Source: Gekko japonicus
Lineage: Eukaryota
Assembly (NCBI RefSeq): GCF_001447785.1
Contig: NW_015161948.1
Location: forward strand, 856,367-920,366
Reading direction: 5' to 3'
Length of the DNA: 64,000 nt
The translations under genes and the position numbers were made by a program. Under the pieces are notes generated by a model. The model did not search any database. It was not told where the DNA came from and saw only the letters and a program-made list of their open reading frames with translations. Shown piece after piece: positions 47,301-60,605 of the stretch; the first letter of the stretch is position 1, and each line of letters opens with the position of its first letter.

Positions 47301-50300
47301 AGTGCGAATATAGAAAGAGGCTGAAACCCATTGGTTTGGTTTTTAAAAATGCTGTATTCCTGCATTCCTTCCCTCATGTCTGCCAGTACGAAATAGCCAT
47401 CCCAATGTTTACACCTTCATGCCCCTGCCCATTACCTGGACAAAGCCAAAGGGGAAGCTCCGCTCTGTTTGCCCGACAGACCCTTCATGGAAAGTTTCTC
47501 GCCAGTCTTCAATGAGTGCTGGGAATGTGCAGTTGTACAGATCGGTGTTCATTGCAGTGTTTGCTTCACCTGGGAGAAGCACACAGAGAATGAGACAGGC
47601 CAAATGCAGTAGTGATGGTGCTGCCATACCAGCTCAGTCCTTTCGCTGGCTTTACGTACCTTGATACCAAACAACGCCTTGGAAGGTCATGTTGAGAAGA
47701 GGGTGGATCATTGCATTCCAGAGCACTGAATACTCTTTAGGGCCAGAATCCAGAGAGACAGGGAAGCTACAACATGAGAAATCCATTAAGTGGGGGACTT
47801 ATTTATACTGCTTAATCACTGGTGCCTGGGCCCTCTCTAAAACCAGAGCTCAGAAATCACAGAGTACTGTACTAATGTTTGCTATACAAAAGAGGAGATC
47901 TGCCTTGAGCCAACAAGTGCAAAGAGCAGGTCTACATGCCATAAGCTATATTACTGCCTTCTGATGCCACAGGGCTAGCCAAGCATTTCTTTGGTGTTCT
48001 AAGACTTGGCAGATATGCCTAAATCTGACCCACATTTAATTTTTTCCACTGTCTCTAGCACCTCTAGAGATATGCTTTAGTAAGAGTGAAGACAGATCGT
48101 AATATTTATAGAGCAGTGGGAGTGATTTGAAACCAGTCTCGCCACATTTAATAAAAATAAATCTTCCACGGACAAGTTCTGAAAAGCTAGTTTCACAAGA
48201 CTGCAGCGTTGTTTAACAAAAATTGGTTATGGAGGCCATCAGTTAGCAAATGTCCATGACATCACCAACACATCTCCTCCTTTCAACCCCCAGAGTAGTT
48301 TTCCACTGTTCTTAAAACAGGGTGTTCTTGGGGAGAGATTATAAGGTGAAAGACTGACATATGAACAACATACATACTAATAAATATACATTTACCACCT
48401 GTATATAAAAAAAATTTAAAGTAAAATACTCCACCTAATACACAAAGGAAAGTGTGAGGACTTATCCAGCATCTGGCTACTGAAATATATTCCTGCAACG
48501 TGATACAAACCTGCCATTGCAATCTGGGAGTGAAGAGATCATGCCAGTGTCAAGGGTCAACATGATGGTTATTTGCCAAGCTCCACAGCTTGGCATAGGG
48601 GCTTGCCCATTGCTAACCAGAAATACCTGGTTCAACTACTTCCACTAGGAACAGAAGATTATCCAAATACCCTTGTGATGCCCAGCCAAGCTCCACAGCT
48701 TGGCATAGGGGCTTACCCATTGCTAACCAGAAATACCTGGTTCATCTACTTCCACTAGGAACAGAAGATTACCCAAATACCCTTGTGATGCCCGGAGCAA
48801 TCTCCCAATCCATGTTTAGAGCCCAGACTTTGGGACTTGTTAGCCATGGTAGCACTGCACAAATGGAGCTTATAGGAGGAGTTACACTCCTCTCCCTCCT
48901 CCAGGTTATGCGAGGGTGAAGTATACCTAATGAGAAAGGCACTGGAGAACATCTATCCCATGTTTGTGAACCCTGTGAAAAGCCCACTGTGACTCTCTTA
49001 AAAACTGAACTGAGTGGGCAGCCTATGATTATCTGCCTCTTTAATAACTACATTTGTTTACCTATCTCTTTAATAATTATTTTTGAGAATAACTTGAAAA
49101 ATGTGCAGCGTTGTGCATCTCCACCATACTAAGATGCCATGGGGAAAGGGATGAGGGCCAGGTTGAGAGCTAACAAGAGATTTCAGTCCACCCTCCTTCT
49201 TGCACTGCTCTAAGCTGAAGTAGGGAAGTCTACCCTTCTTCAAAGTAGTACAGTTTGAACTTCACTAATGCATTATTGTACTACATCTACACTGATTCTC
49301 AAATGTTTTTGGCATAGACCCTACATCAGCTATACATTAAATCAATAATCAACCTGAAGATTAACAGATGCTTGTATCGGATTTGCTTGATTATTTGCTA
49401 TTCCTTAATAAACTGGTTTCATTTGTAAATCTAACCAGTAGTGTGTGTGTGGTGCGTCTTGAGGCCACTGGAATCCCAAAAAGAGCCTGGGCACTAAGCA
49501 TTACTCTGAGGATCGTAGAACACGGTGTAACATTAAGTCTTTATATGTTTGTTGCTGAGGAGACACTTCATGCATCAGATGAAATGGACTCTAGCCCACA
49601 AAAGCTTCTACCACAATAAATCTGAAACTCATTTTTGTTCCTCCTGCAACAGACTTGCATAGAATTTTAAACCAGATGCAGCTCAGGGAAGTTGTTATCC
49701 TGGTTCTAAATGCAGCTGCGGGCTTACAGGTTTCCTGCCACTGTAAACAGTGAGGCAGGTCGTGTAAGGCAACCACAGAGAGAGAGTGCCAGAGAACGGG
49801 CTGCACACAGCACTCAGCGAGAATGGAAAGGGATCCAGTCTATCGAAAAAGGACTATAAGACTATAAGAAAGGAGCAGGGTCTGTTGTCATCAGCTCTTC
49901 TTACCTTCTATGGTCCTCTGAGAGTCCACATTTACGCAGCGCCCTTCGGGAGGACCAGGCCTCAACTGGTGTCCCTCCCCAGGAGGACTCTACCAGCCCT
50001 ATGGGGTACTGGAGCGTCTCATACAGATAGCGTCCAAACAGCCAGCACACAGCAGAGAAGTAACCGAAGTCCCCATGGCCCAAGTTTTCTTTTCAGAAAA
50101 ATGTTTAAAAAAGCAATAAGAATATTTAAAAGTCTGGAAAGGAATATGGCTGCGTTAAATACACAACTGGTTTCTTCTGCCACACTTTCAGCTAGGAGCC
50201 ACAGTACAGCTGCGTGAAGTACTGGGGCATATCCTGGTCCACAATCTTGCTCATCCTGGTGAGGGATGCTTGGTCGGACTCACTGTTCCCACTGTAAAAA

Positions 50301-53300
50301 CCCTGTCTTGTTCTCACTCCTCCCTTGTGAAAGCTGAACCTGCATGTCTCTATTGTCATACCAGCTTCTGTCTACTTGTGCTAAATTTCTTGATAAATGC
50401 CTGCAATCTAGCATCATTTTTCATATAGCATAGTAAATGCATAAAGAGGTTATACAATAGCATTAAAAGGAACAAATGAATTGGGAACATCAGCAATGAA
50501 AATCGGCAAAACAGGCTCACAATGACAATATATACCTCTGTAATTCTGATATGCTTAAACACCACAGACTACTCCATCTTCCATTTTCCCTTGAGCAAGT
50601 TGCTAGACTTCAGTTTCTGCTCTGCAATCCTTATCTATCTCCTTGATACATTTGTCCATTGCCAAGTTTGCTAACCCACAAATTCTGCCAGAGCAATATT
50701 AATAAAACATTTAATTGGACTTCTAGTAAATAGAGGTTGCAGCCACAAATGGCTGGATATTATTGTGCTACTGTTGATCTACACAGCAATTGTTTGCCAC
50801 TGGATTTTCTTATCCACAGAAAAACATCCAGTCATAAATGACTGCTATAGCACAATGATACTGTAATATCCAACAATACATAGATGCAGCCAGAGTTAAG
50901 GAAGATTCAAAAACCAAGAGGAGACGGGGGGGGGGGGGGGGGGGGGATGGATTTCTGCTCTCATGTTTACAAATCTGATAATTGAGGTTTCTCACTATGA
51001 AATACTATGCTAAAGGGCAGCATCTCTTTCCATGTAAATAGAACACAAATCCAGTGGCTCAATTACTAAAAAAAAAAATATTCCAACACTAGCTTTCATA
51101 AGTCACTAGCTTTCATCAGATGGATGAAACATACATTTGTTAGGCAGCTGGTGGTCACTGATCTAACGTCAACAGTGACCTACAGCCACCCCACATATCT
51201 CTCTCGCACATATGTCTTCCGTTCTATACAGCAGTCCCCTAACATAAAACAACTTCTCATCTACAACAATGGATCACCTAATAGAGACACAAACTCAGGA
51301 ACCAGACTCTGCAACAAACTTAGATGCCAGCTTTGTGCTTTGTCCACACTCAAGCAAAGTGATCAACTATACCACTGCAATTTAGCATACAAAACCTTTT
51401 TCCCCAACCAGGTGACCCTATCTGGGTCCATCTTTGGGATGGATCTTATATAAATTAGGGGGAAATCCCTTGGTGCCTGGCAGTGTAATCCTATGCAGTG
51501 TAACTGCAGTCTAAATCCACTGAAATGAGTCAATTTAAGCTGGAGTAAATCTCCATAGGATTTCACTGTGAAACATGCAATGAAATCTGAGTCAGTGCCA
51601 GACAAGGTAATTAGCATAACACAAAAGAGAAGAGAAGGGGTGTAGTCCTAAAACAACTTATTTTAGGTGCTGGACACTTTGGGTGGTGTTGGCATATATG
51701 CTGTGACCATATGAGGCAGGCTAGCCTCCAGGAATTAGAAAGACCTTTAAATCTGTTGTGTTTAAAAAAGGCAGCACTTGGGTCAACAATGCTCTTAAGG
51801 AAGAACTCTATTCTCTCAGAAGGTGCTTTTCTCCACAAGTGGTGACAGATCAGATATTTGGCATGGAATATTCCAGCAGTACTCTTGTACCAGCTACTGA
51901 TTAGAAGTGGATAATGGGTTACATGGATCAATGCTCCCTCTAAGCTGTGGAGTCTTGTGAGCAAAAATTCTACTTTGTGAGCTACTGGTTTTAAAGTTAT
52001 GAGCAAGCAGTTTGGCTGCTGCATAAATTAGTATGCTCTGGAGCCATCCTTCCTGAGCCAAGACAAAAATGTGTGAGCTGGAGGCTAAAAAACTGTGAGC
52101 TACCTCACACTAACTCAGCTTAGAGGGAACACTGCTTGTGGTGCTGCCCAAAGGAAACTATCCTATGATGTATGTACATAGAACATAAGTCTCAGTGAGA
52201 AAGTAAATAAATGAAGCAAATAAATCAGTAAATAGAATGACTAGATATAGAAGAGAGCATTCAGAATCTTTCACAAAGCACCCTTTTTACCAAAGCTGCA
52301 ATATTTAATTTAAAACAATTAGATTTAATCAGTAAATAGATTCTTTTTAAAAAATGTTGGTTTTCATGCTACTTAAAGTATGGAAAAATGTTAAGAGGGG
52401 GCACTCATTCATTTAATTTAAAACAATTAGATTTAATCAAAATGTTGGTTTTCATGCTACTTACAATATGGAAAAATGATAAAAATCATCCCTCTCTCTC
52501 ACAAAGGAGGGAATATATCTTCTAAACTGTTCCTGTTACAACATATGTGTGCATCTAAAAACCCTTCAGAACAATAGTTATTATTCATATGCAAACTAAT
52601 AAATGATTCATCAATTAATGCCCATGAGATTAACCAACTACAGTGCTTTTTTAAAGTCTGGGAAACAGCCCTGCTTTCACCGTAGGACCAAAACAAATTA
52701 TAACTCATCCTATGCCAACAAAAACATCTCTCTCCCAAGACGGTAGCTCTTTCATTCCCTTCAACCTTGCCAGATATTTGGGTGCTTAAAACACACACAC
52801 AAGTGAGGGGTAAATCCAAAGATGTAAAAAAATTAGAAACAAAAAGTCCTAGAAGACACAAGGGCTCTTCTATTGCTTGTGATCTCATGGAAACTTGGTG
52901 GTGGTGGAAAGTGTGACCCCCCCCCCAAAGGATTTTCAAGGCAGAAGAGGTTCAGAGGCAGCTTGCCATTACCTGCCTCTGCATAGCAACCCTGGTCTTC
53001 CTTGGTGGTCTTCCATCCAAGTACTAACCAGGGCAAACCCTGATGAGCTTCTGAGATCTGATGAGATCAGACTAGCCTGAGCCATCCATGTAATATACCA
53101 TGTAAATAACACCGATTCAGTATGTGAAGTGGTCAGAAATGGCAAGTGGGAACTTACAGGACCATTCTAAGCAGAGTGACACCCTTGTAAGTACCTTGAA
53201 GGCTATTATTTTAGAAGGGTACAGCTCATCTTAGGATGGCGTTGACAATGCCTTTCTGCTATAGGAAACATGCACATATAATCTCCTGTCCCAACTAATT

Positions 53301-56300
53301 TTTCCTGTGCATGAACAGACCAGAGGCGAGGCTAACTAAAACTCGCAAGAAAAACCTGAAAAAGAACATCAGATAAACTAGCTGTAAAAACAGCACATGC
53401 TGTTATAATGGTACTCAGTTTCCAGCTAAGATACAAACTCGACAGGAGTTGTGGACACCACACCACCAAGTTCTCCAAAAAGACTTTTTTAAAGCGTTCA
53501 TTTTTTAAAGTTCTGCAGACTCTTACCGGCTGTGGGCACAGACCACTGCAAATCAATATCGGGAAGGTCCAGCAGTTCCTCTTCCGACTGAGCAAGAGAA
53601 GCTGTGAACACACGCACATACGGAAAGTGCGAAGCCTGTGCGAGCTCCTTGCTGGCATTGAATATCTAGGAAACAGGGCAGATTCCACTGAAACCATAAC
53701 TTTAAAAGTTGAAAACAAATGAATTTTCTTCTTTGGTGCTAAGTCTTGAACAATGATTTACAGGTGGAGAACCAAACAGCTGCCAAAATCTGTTTCACCA
53801 GACAATGAAATCAACTGCCAAGTTTCCCTCTTCATTCCTGGCAAAGAAATGTAGGAGTCTCTGAGATCTGATAAGCCCAGTGGTAACTACCACATGGCTA
53901 CCCGTCTGGAATTATCTGCATGGGCTGTGGGATTCAGGAGGCACTCTTCCCCAGCATTTTTCAGCCCTTAAGTCTAATAAACATGCCATGTGCCTTCTTT
54001 TGATCTATTCATCTTTAGATTGGCAGCTGCCAAGCAATACATTTGGAGAGGTTGAAACAGTTATTTTCTTGCTTTTCTAATTTTAGGTGTGTGATGATCT
54101 CCCTGCTCCAGAAGGATTTCTTCTGGCATTGTTTCTAGTGTGAAACAGACATTTTATCATTTTGTCAGGCCAGTAAATGTAGATGAAAGGCTAAGGTGTA
54201 GAGTACAAATTATAGAACAGGGTTTACCAGTTTACTCTGTCACAACTGTGCCGTATGCGGGCATAGTTTTGCAGTCTAGTGAAAAAAGGAGTGACAGCCA
54301 CCAAAAGCTGAGAACCCTGTGAGAATTTTGGGCCACCATATTCACAGAATATACAGAAGCATGCCGGCAGTGTCTACAAAAACTTCAGACACCAGGTGTT
54401 ACAGGAGAATTTCCAATACATCATTAAGAGTACTGTGCACCACTAAAAATGCATGGTCCTCTACCTGTATATTGACACACACCTGATAAAATGGACTCCA
54501 GCCCAATATTATGTTGGAATAAAAACTTATTAGTCTTTGAAGATGACATAAGGCTCCTTTTACTTTTTGCTGCAAGAGATTCTGAGCTTTTAAGTGCAAA
54601 AATTCTCTCACGCACCAGCTGCAGTTGTGCTGCAATAACATACAAGGGCACACATAGGGATGGCACACATAGTAGAACAAGTACTCCACATAGGGATGGC
54701 ACACATAGTTGAACAAGTATTCCAACTGTTTAACAAGTATTCCACTGCCTCCATTGCACTCTAAGGAAGTACGGCTCACCTGAGAAACTGTCATCTCCAT
54801 GTTACTTTGCCCACTGCAAAGCCAGACATCTCCAAAGTAGACATCTCGCAGCATAATGCTGGAAACCTCATCTTCATAGAACTGACGTACCACTATGGAA
54901 TAAGGACCACCCTGCGGCATGGCAGTCAGGACTACCTTCCAGATCCTAAAGACTTCAGAAAAAACATTGGAAAATAAAGTTTCAGGCTTCTTTATCAGTC
55001 TGAAAAAATTCCTAGGCAATATTCAGCTGCTAGAAGGAAATGAAGAGACACCAAAGCCTTCTCCACTGGCCCTGCTAAGAACAGTTGCCATTTGCGCTCC
55101 CCCCCCCCCGAAGAGTCACTGTCAATGGAGATTCAACCTCCTATGAGTCTGTCTGTTGTAATTACAGGGTCAGATTTCCACATCCAGTATCGTGTCTGCT
55201 GGGGAGACTAGCTTACTCGTCATGAACTTACTTTGCTTCCACCCTCTTCCCTGCCACCATCGTTAAAAGTGAGACATAATACGCAAATAATTTTCATTTC
55301 GAGATGCATCTTTTCCTCCTTTTATGGACCTTACAAATCCACTAACTATCAGCCTTGGCCAAAAGTCATTCTAGCGAAGGAAACAGATAAAGACAGGGAT
55401 GGCAAAACCAGCAGTTCCCTTTCTACACAGCTCCTTTTCATTCCCACATTGTCACCTCCAGTCAAACAAGTTTTAGAAACAATTCACAAATATATAAGAC
55501 CTGTAAGAAATGAAAGTGAATCAGTGTACACACTATATGAGACAATCCCTCTTTCAAACTGCCTCCCTCTCCCTAAACCCCCCCCCTCCAACAACTACTG
55601 CTCATTGACAGGTGAAATCTCCAAGTCTGATTCCCAGCACCTCCAGAATAAAAGAAAGACAGGCTAGGAAGGTTTTTTTGTCTGAGACTCACGAATATGA
55701 AAACTGAACCATAGGGGCCACAGCTTAGTCTCCATATATTTATTCAAAAATTAATATGCTGTTTCTTCAGAGAACTGCACAAGGTAGCTCATAAAACAGC
55801 ACAAAATCATTAAAATTAACAGGCTAAGCACCAGTTAAACCCCAAGGGGATAGGTATTCCACAGGTGAGGTGTTCCCACTGAAAAAGCTCTGTCTCTGAC
55901 TGCTACTTGCCAAAGCTCTGAGGCTGGGGGGGGGGGGGGGGGGAGAGAGNNNNNNNNNNNNNNNNNNNNNNNNNNNNNNNNNNNNNNNNNNNNNNNNNNN
56001 NNNNNNNNNNGGGGGGGGAGAAGAGAGCAGGGCACCTGAGGAGAATCTCAAATGGCATGCCAGACAGTACAGGAGGCCGTCTTTTAAGTGCTCTGGCCCC
56101 AACCACAGGTATGGTACTGCTAAGCAAGGACTATAGTACCTTTCCCAAAGACAACAATATATCTTGCCCGAAGTTTAACATAGCACAAGCAATAAAAAAA
56201 CTGTTGCTATGTCTTTTGAGTGGAAAACTGTATTGAGTGTTGTTGATAATGAAACAGATCAACACCCTCAGATATATGCAGCTTAGACAGAGGAAGCCAC

Positions 56301-59300
56301 AAGTGAGCCATGCCTTTCTGGGGACAAGTGTTAGGTGGAGAACACGTTCACATCATTTGATAATTTATTACCTTCAGCCTGTACCATTTTTTTCATAACA
56401 ATATTGTCACTCTGGTAAACCATCACTGTTACATTGGCACTAGATTCTCCATAGCCCCATAAAACTGCACAAGCTGGACCTTTCTGCAATACCATGTGGT
56501 CAGCAAAATAGGAGGCAAAACGAAGTTCAGCACCTGGAACACACAAAATATCATAACATTTCTGTTAGTGTCTGTGGCCTCTTTGGAATCCTCCTGCAGT
56601 ATATTGGCTGTGGTGAAGCCACCCCAATATCAGACCTTTCTCACTGCAAAAATATCTACCAGTTTATAAGGGGATACTTAGGAAGCATGACACTGAGAAG
56701 AGGAACACACATTTGGATACTTCTGTTTGGCTCTTGCTTACAGTTTTTAAAAAAATCAAGAAACCAGATCACATACCAGCTTTTACTGCAGGGGAAACAC
56801 AAGCACACCCATACACACACACACCAAAGGAAAAGTCAACTAAACAATAATGATTTGACACAAAAATAAGATTCTATATATTTTAAAATGCCTGAAATGT
56901 GAATGTTGACAGTTGCATGCGAATATTGGTAATCCTACAAAAATTTGGCAAATATCAAAAAATAAATATTTCTTTCCCTCATTTGTTGACAAACCCTGAT
57001 GGATATCTATAATTCAGTTTAGGTGAGTGTCAACAGTCATCATTCTGTCTCTGGGATTTTAGAAATCTGCAAAAAGGGATTGTCAACATTCATATGTGAA
57101 TAGCAACATTCATCACATTTTGAAAACTTATTGCTGGCTGAACATTCCTTTGTTAGGTTGACATTCCAGTATGATCAGCAGATGTTTTCTCAATGTGAGC
57201 TATTATAGTTTGAACTCCTGCTGTCTTTCTCATCAAAGGATACATCAGAGCTTGGAGAAGGTGTCACCCCCAGAGCTCAAGGAAGAGGACAGGTACGCAA
57301 TGGACGGGAATCAGAAACATGGAAGAAACATAGAAGAAATGGAGAGAGACTCAGCTCAGAACTGGCTGCTGATATTTGTCATTTATGGATGTAAAAATAT
57401 TGGAAGTTCCATCTATAATGTTCCCACGGACCACACAACTGGTCATTTGTGCCCGACGGGGGATATGGACTTGTATTTCTTGAACAGCAGCCCATGAGAC
57501 ACACGATAAACCACTTTTGAAACTAAGTGGAGTTTCAAAAGTAGTTAGCAATCTGGCATGGAGATCAGAGGAAGAAAGGGGGGAAATCGAAAAACTCCCA
57601 TTAGGCATGAATAAGACCTAATGTAGGACTCTGGATACCAGTCCACAACTCACCCACAAAAATCCAGAGAATATAAGCCATCTATCAGTCACTACTACAA
57701 GATTTTTCCCGGAAAAAGCTGCAAAGGATTATACTCCAAAGAGGTACATTCAACTAAAGGGGGTTAAATGTTGAAACTAAGGTGGGCATTCATTCAAATA
57801 AGCTAAAACTTGTAAACTATTTTTTTGCATAAACAGGTGATTTGATACATGGCAGAGCAATGATTCCCCCCATTGCCTAAGGAGCATTTAAAGGGATAAA
57901 ATAATAATGAATTTACATAAGAGACTGCATGAGCAATCAAGGGATGCTAACAAAATAGTATACACAGACACAACATTATAAAAAAGCATCTCAATGCTGA
58001 AGCAAATTCTTTATCATGTCAACATAAGTGCAGTAAAACATATTAAAATGTTCCCTAGAATAACACTGAAATTGGTTAAAATGGGACTGCCATCTTTTTA
58101 TGGGACCTGGCCTCATGCTTTGCACATCACCCTGATGCTGAGTAGGTAAAACTTCTCCTGTTGTAATAAGGGTTGGGAAAAGCTTCACATACTACATGTC
58201 AGCATACCAGGCTACTGCTAAAAGTCCAAGAGAAGGGCCAACAGAAAAAGAGGCAACATTCTCACTTTCTGAGCCACATTAATTTAACATTTGCACATAC
58301 CCAATAAAATTAGTAGGTGTTAAGAAACTTTACTTTCTCCCTCTGGAACTGAAACATCTCTATCCACAGCTACATAAAACAAAAGTTTGAGTCCAATGGA
58401 ACCTTTAAAACCAACAAAGTTTAATTTTGGGTATAACCTTTCATGTGCATGCACAGCTGTATCGGAAGAAGTGTGCATACATATGAAAGGTTATACCCAG
58501 AATTAAACTTTGCTGGTCTTAAAGGTGCCACTGGACTCAATCTCTGTTCTATGCTTGAGACCAACACGGCTACCCATTTGAATCACAGCTAGATAAAGTT
58601 AAGGAAAGTTAAATATTTTCCTCAGCATTTACTCCACTCAGGTACAAAGTCTAAAAGGGTAATTCTAAGCAGAGAGTTCTCTCCAGCATGACTATTTTGT
58701 ATGTACTTATTTTGAAAAGTCCCACACATGTGAATAGATTTTACTTCAGAATAAGTATTGCACCACTAATATTAAACTATGGATTCTTAAATCCCCTACT
58801 GATCTCAATAACACATCCTTAACAGTATCATTATTTCACTGTGTTCATTAACAATTCAATCGCCAATCACTTTGGCTGTAAGCTGCCAACAATAGCTTTT
58901 CTAAGGGAAAGAAAACCTTCAGCATGTCCAAAACCCAGATATATAAAATAATGGCAATGTGTTCTTTCTGACTTCTGCAATGTAAATACAGGCTAACAAA
59001 AGAACCCACATGCACATAAAAATGAAGGAAACAATACATTTCAATGTTTTTTAAAAATCCCAAACAGAATGGGTAAGTACCTCCACTAATGGCAGCAGTC
59101 GTTTTAACATTCAGCTTAATAACTGTCTCTCCCTTCTGTTTAAATCCCCTACTGATCTCAATAACACATCCTTAACAGTATCATTATTTCACTGTGTTCA
59201 TTAACAATTCAATCACCGATCACTTTGGCTGTAAACTGCCAAAAATAGCTTTTCTAAGGGAAAGAAAGCCTTCAGCATGTCCAAAACCCAGATTATTTCC

Positions 59301-60091
59301 TCATATAAAATAATGGCAATGTGTTCTTTCTGACTTCTGCAATGTAAATACAGGCTAACAAAAGAACCCACATGCACATAAAAATGAAGGAAACAATACA
59401 TTTCAATGTTTTTTAAAAATCCCAAACAGAATGGGTAAGTACCTCCACTAATGGCAGCAGTCGTTTTAACATTCAGCTTAATAACTGTCTCTCCCTTCTG
59501 TTTAAAGTCAGACCCTATGAAAATTCCAGCCAGCTGAATAACTGAACTTACATGACAGGTATAAAAAGTAAACAACAGAAATAAAAAGAGATAAAAGGAA
59601 AAGAAGGTGGAAAAGCCCCTTTACAAAATGAAGTGGGGGGAACCAGCTACTGCAAAGCAAGTCAGATACTTATTGGAATGCAGAACAAAGGAAAAGAGGA
59701 AGCAAAACTTACAGGGGTGAAAAACTGATTAAATAAAATTTGTACTAATTACTGAAGTTATAAGATTACAACTCTCAAAGATCAATGAAAACATTCTCAT
59801 CAGACAGAAAATGCTCCCAAACCCAGTCCCCAAGAAAACTGTGTTCTAGTTTAATTTTTGTACCCCCCATAAGAAACACCGTCCCATCAGAGAGATTCAA
59901 GTGGCATATACAGGTAAGTAAACATGAACTGCAAGTTGCTAAGCATTATGGAGGTAAGCCATTCTGGAAGGCTTCCAGGTCCCTCTTCCTCTACACATAT
60001 GCCCCTCAACAAATAATTTGTGCAACTGCATCCCCCACTCACCTGCCATAAAGGCCCACGAGAGCATACATAACAGACAAATCGCCATCAT
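44159..60091 (-). CDS. SIAE: Sialate O-acetylesterase (SGNH family), 10 coding exons, ~511 aa
   Basis: Exons 60091-60043, 56533-56372, 54952-54780, 53665-53527, 50088-49905, 47766-47660, 47569-47436, 46442-46288, 45778-45583, 44395-44159; phases 1,1,0,1,2,1,0,2,0. Catalytic GDVWLCSGQSNM, SWGGTPVEAWS, VVWYQGEAN, SIHPRDKQ, LRYAWTEWPC, LPAPPF. Confidence 0.95.
45245..45429 (+). mobile_element. hAT MITE family A lacking its right TIR
   Basis: Left TIR present; flanked by a 29-bp direct repeat (45216-45244, 45430-45458). Confidence 0.88.
45583..45778 (-). CDS. SIAE: SIAE exon 9
   Basis: SIHPRDKQSVAYRLHLGALAVAYGKE...VFE. Confidence 0.94.
46288..46442 (-). CDS. SIAE: SIAE exon 8
   Basis: LST...FPRIRWHQTADYGYVPNTKMPNTFMAVALDLCDGSSPYG (not in the ORF track). 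Confidence 0.93.
47436..47569 (-). CDS. SIAE: SIAE exon 7
   Basis: GEANTAMNTDLYNCTFPALIEDWRETF...FPFGFVQ. Confidence 0.94.
47660..47766 (-). CDS. SIAE: SIAE exon 6
   Basis: GPKEYSVLWNAMIHPLLNMTFQGVVWYQ. Confidence 0.92.
48575..48793. repeat. 110-bp tandem duplication
   Basis: GCCAAGCTCCACAGCTTGGC... starts at 48575 and 48685. Confidence 0.93.
49905..50088 (-). CDS. SIAE: SIAE exon 5
   Basis: ENLGHGDFGYFSAVCWLFGRYLY...SWGGTPVEAWSS. Confidence 0.93.
51929..52134 (+). mobile_element. hAT MITE family A
   Basis: Both TIRs; no recognisable TSD. Confidence 0.88.
53527..53665 (-). CDS. SIAE: SIAE exon 4
   Basis: IFNASKELAQASHFPYVRVF...DLQWSVPTA. Confidence 0.92.
54780..54952 (-). CDS. SIAE: SIAE exon 3
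   Basis: IWKVVL...GGPY...GDVWLCSGQSNMEMTVSQ; GTGAGC donor; acceptor inferred from phase. Confidence 0.88.
56372..56533 (-). CDS. SIAE: SIAE exon 2
   Basis: AELRFASYFADHMVLQKGPACAVLWGYG. Confidence 0.93.
58787..59506. repeat. ~355-bp direct tandem duplication
   Basis: 58787-59139 vs 59140-59501; 9-bp indel and a few SNPs; TTAAA junction microhomology. Confidence 0.95.
60043..60091 (-). CDS. SIAE: SIAE signal-peptide exon
   Basis: MMAICLLCMLSWAFMA(G); GTGAGT donor; phase 1 fits the next exon; acceptor TTTTTAG 4 nt upstream of the ATG. Confidence 0.7.
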
Positions 60092-60486
60092 CTCACTAAA
60101 AACAGGAAGACGAAAGGACAGGAAGTAAAATAAGAACCTAAACATCCAGCATCTTAAAGAGACAAACTTCCTTATGATCTCATACAAGGCTGGTCCAAAC
60201 CTGGAAGAAAAGTGTAGTTTAAAAAATGCTTATCATATATCTCAAGTGTATTTAAAAGGAATGCCCTCAACCTAAGGTGTTTTGTTGTTACGCAACTTGT
60301 GACAAGAGTTATTTCCTAAGAGATTGTGTCTATGAAAGGCCTGTGACTATTTGGCCCTTGGGACATGCCTTGCTAATTTTTTCAGTGAGTTACCAGACTT
60401 GATATACTTACTTGTCAGACTTACTTCTGAGTAAACATGCATCTTCTCACCTTGACACAGAGAGTACTCCACCTTTCTGTGTTATA

Positions 60487-60605
60487 CCTCTGAGGATGCC
60501 AGTACTGGGGAAACGTCAGGTCCTACAATGCCAAGACCGCGGCCATACAACCCGTAAAATCTACAGCAGCTAATGAACTCCGGCCATGAAAGCCTTTGGC
60601 AACAT
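60487..60605 (+). mobile_element. Penelope-type terminal repeat fragment
   Basis: CTCTGAGGATGCC...GAAACGTCAGG...CGGCCATAC...TCCGGCCATGAAAGCCTT pattern. Confidence 0.55.

Noticed and set aside
48575-48793. Repeat-spacer or CRISPR-like pattern
   Set aside because: Only two contiguous copies with no spacers, in a vertebrate intron.
57171-57830. Purine-rich stretch with a 108-aa ORF in SIAE intron 1
   Set aside because: Possibly a decayed retroelement, but I cannot identify any motif, terminus or TSD.
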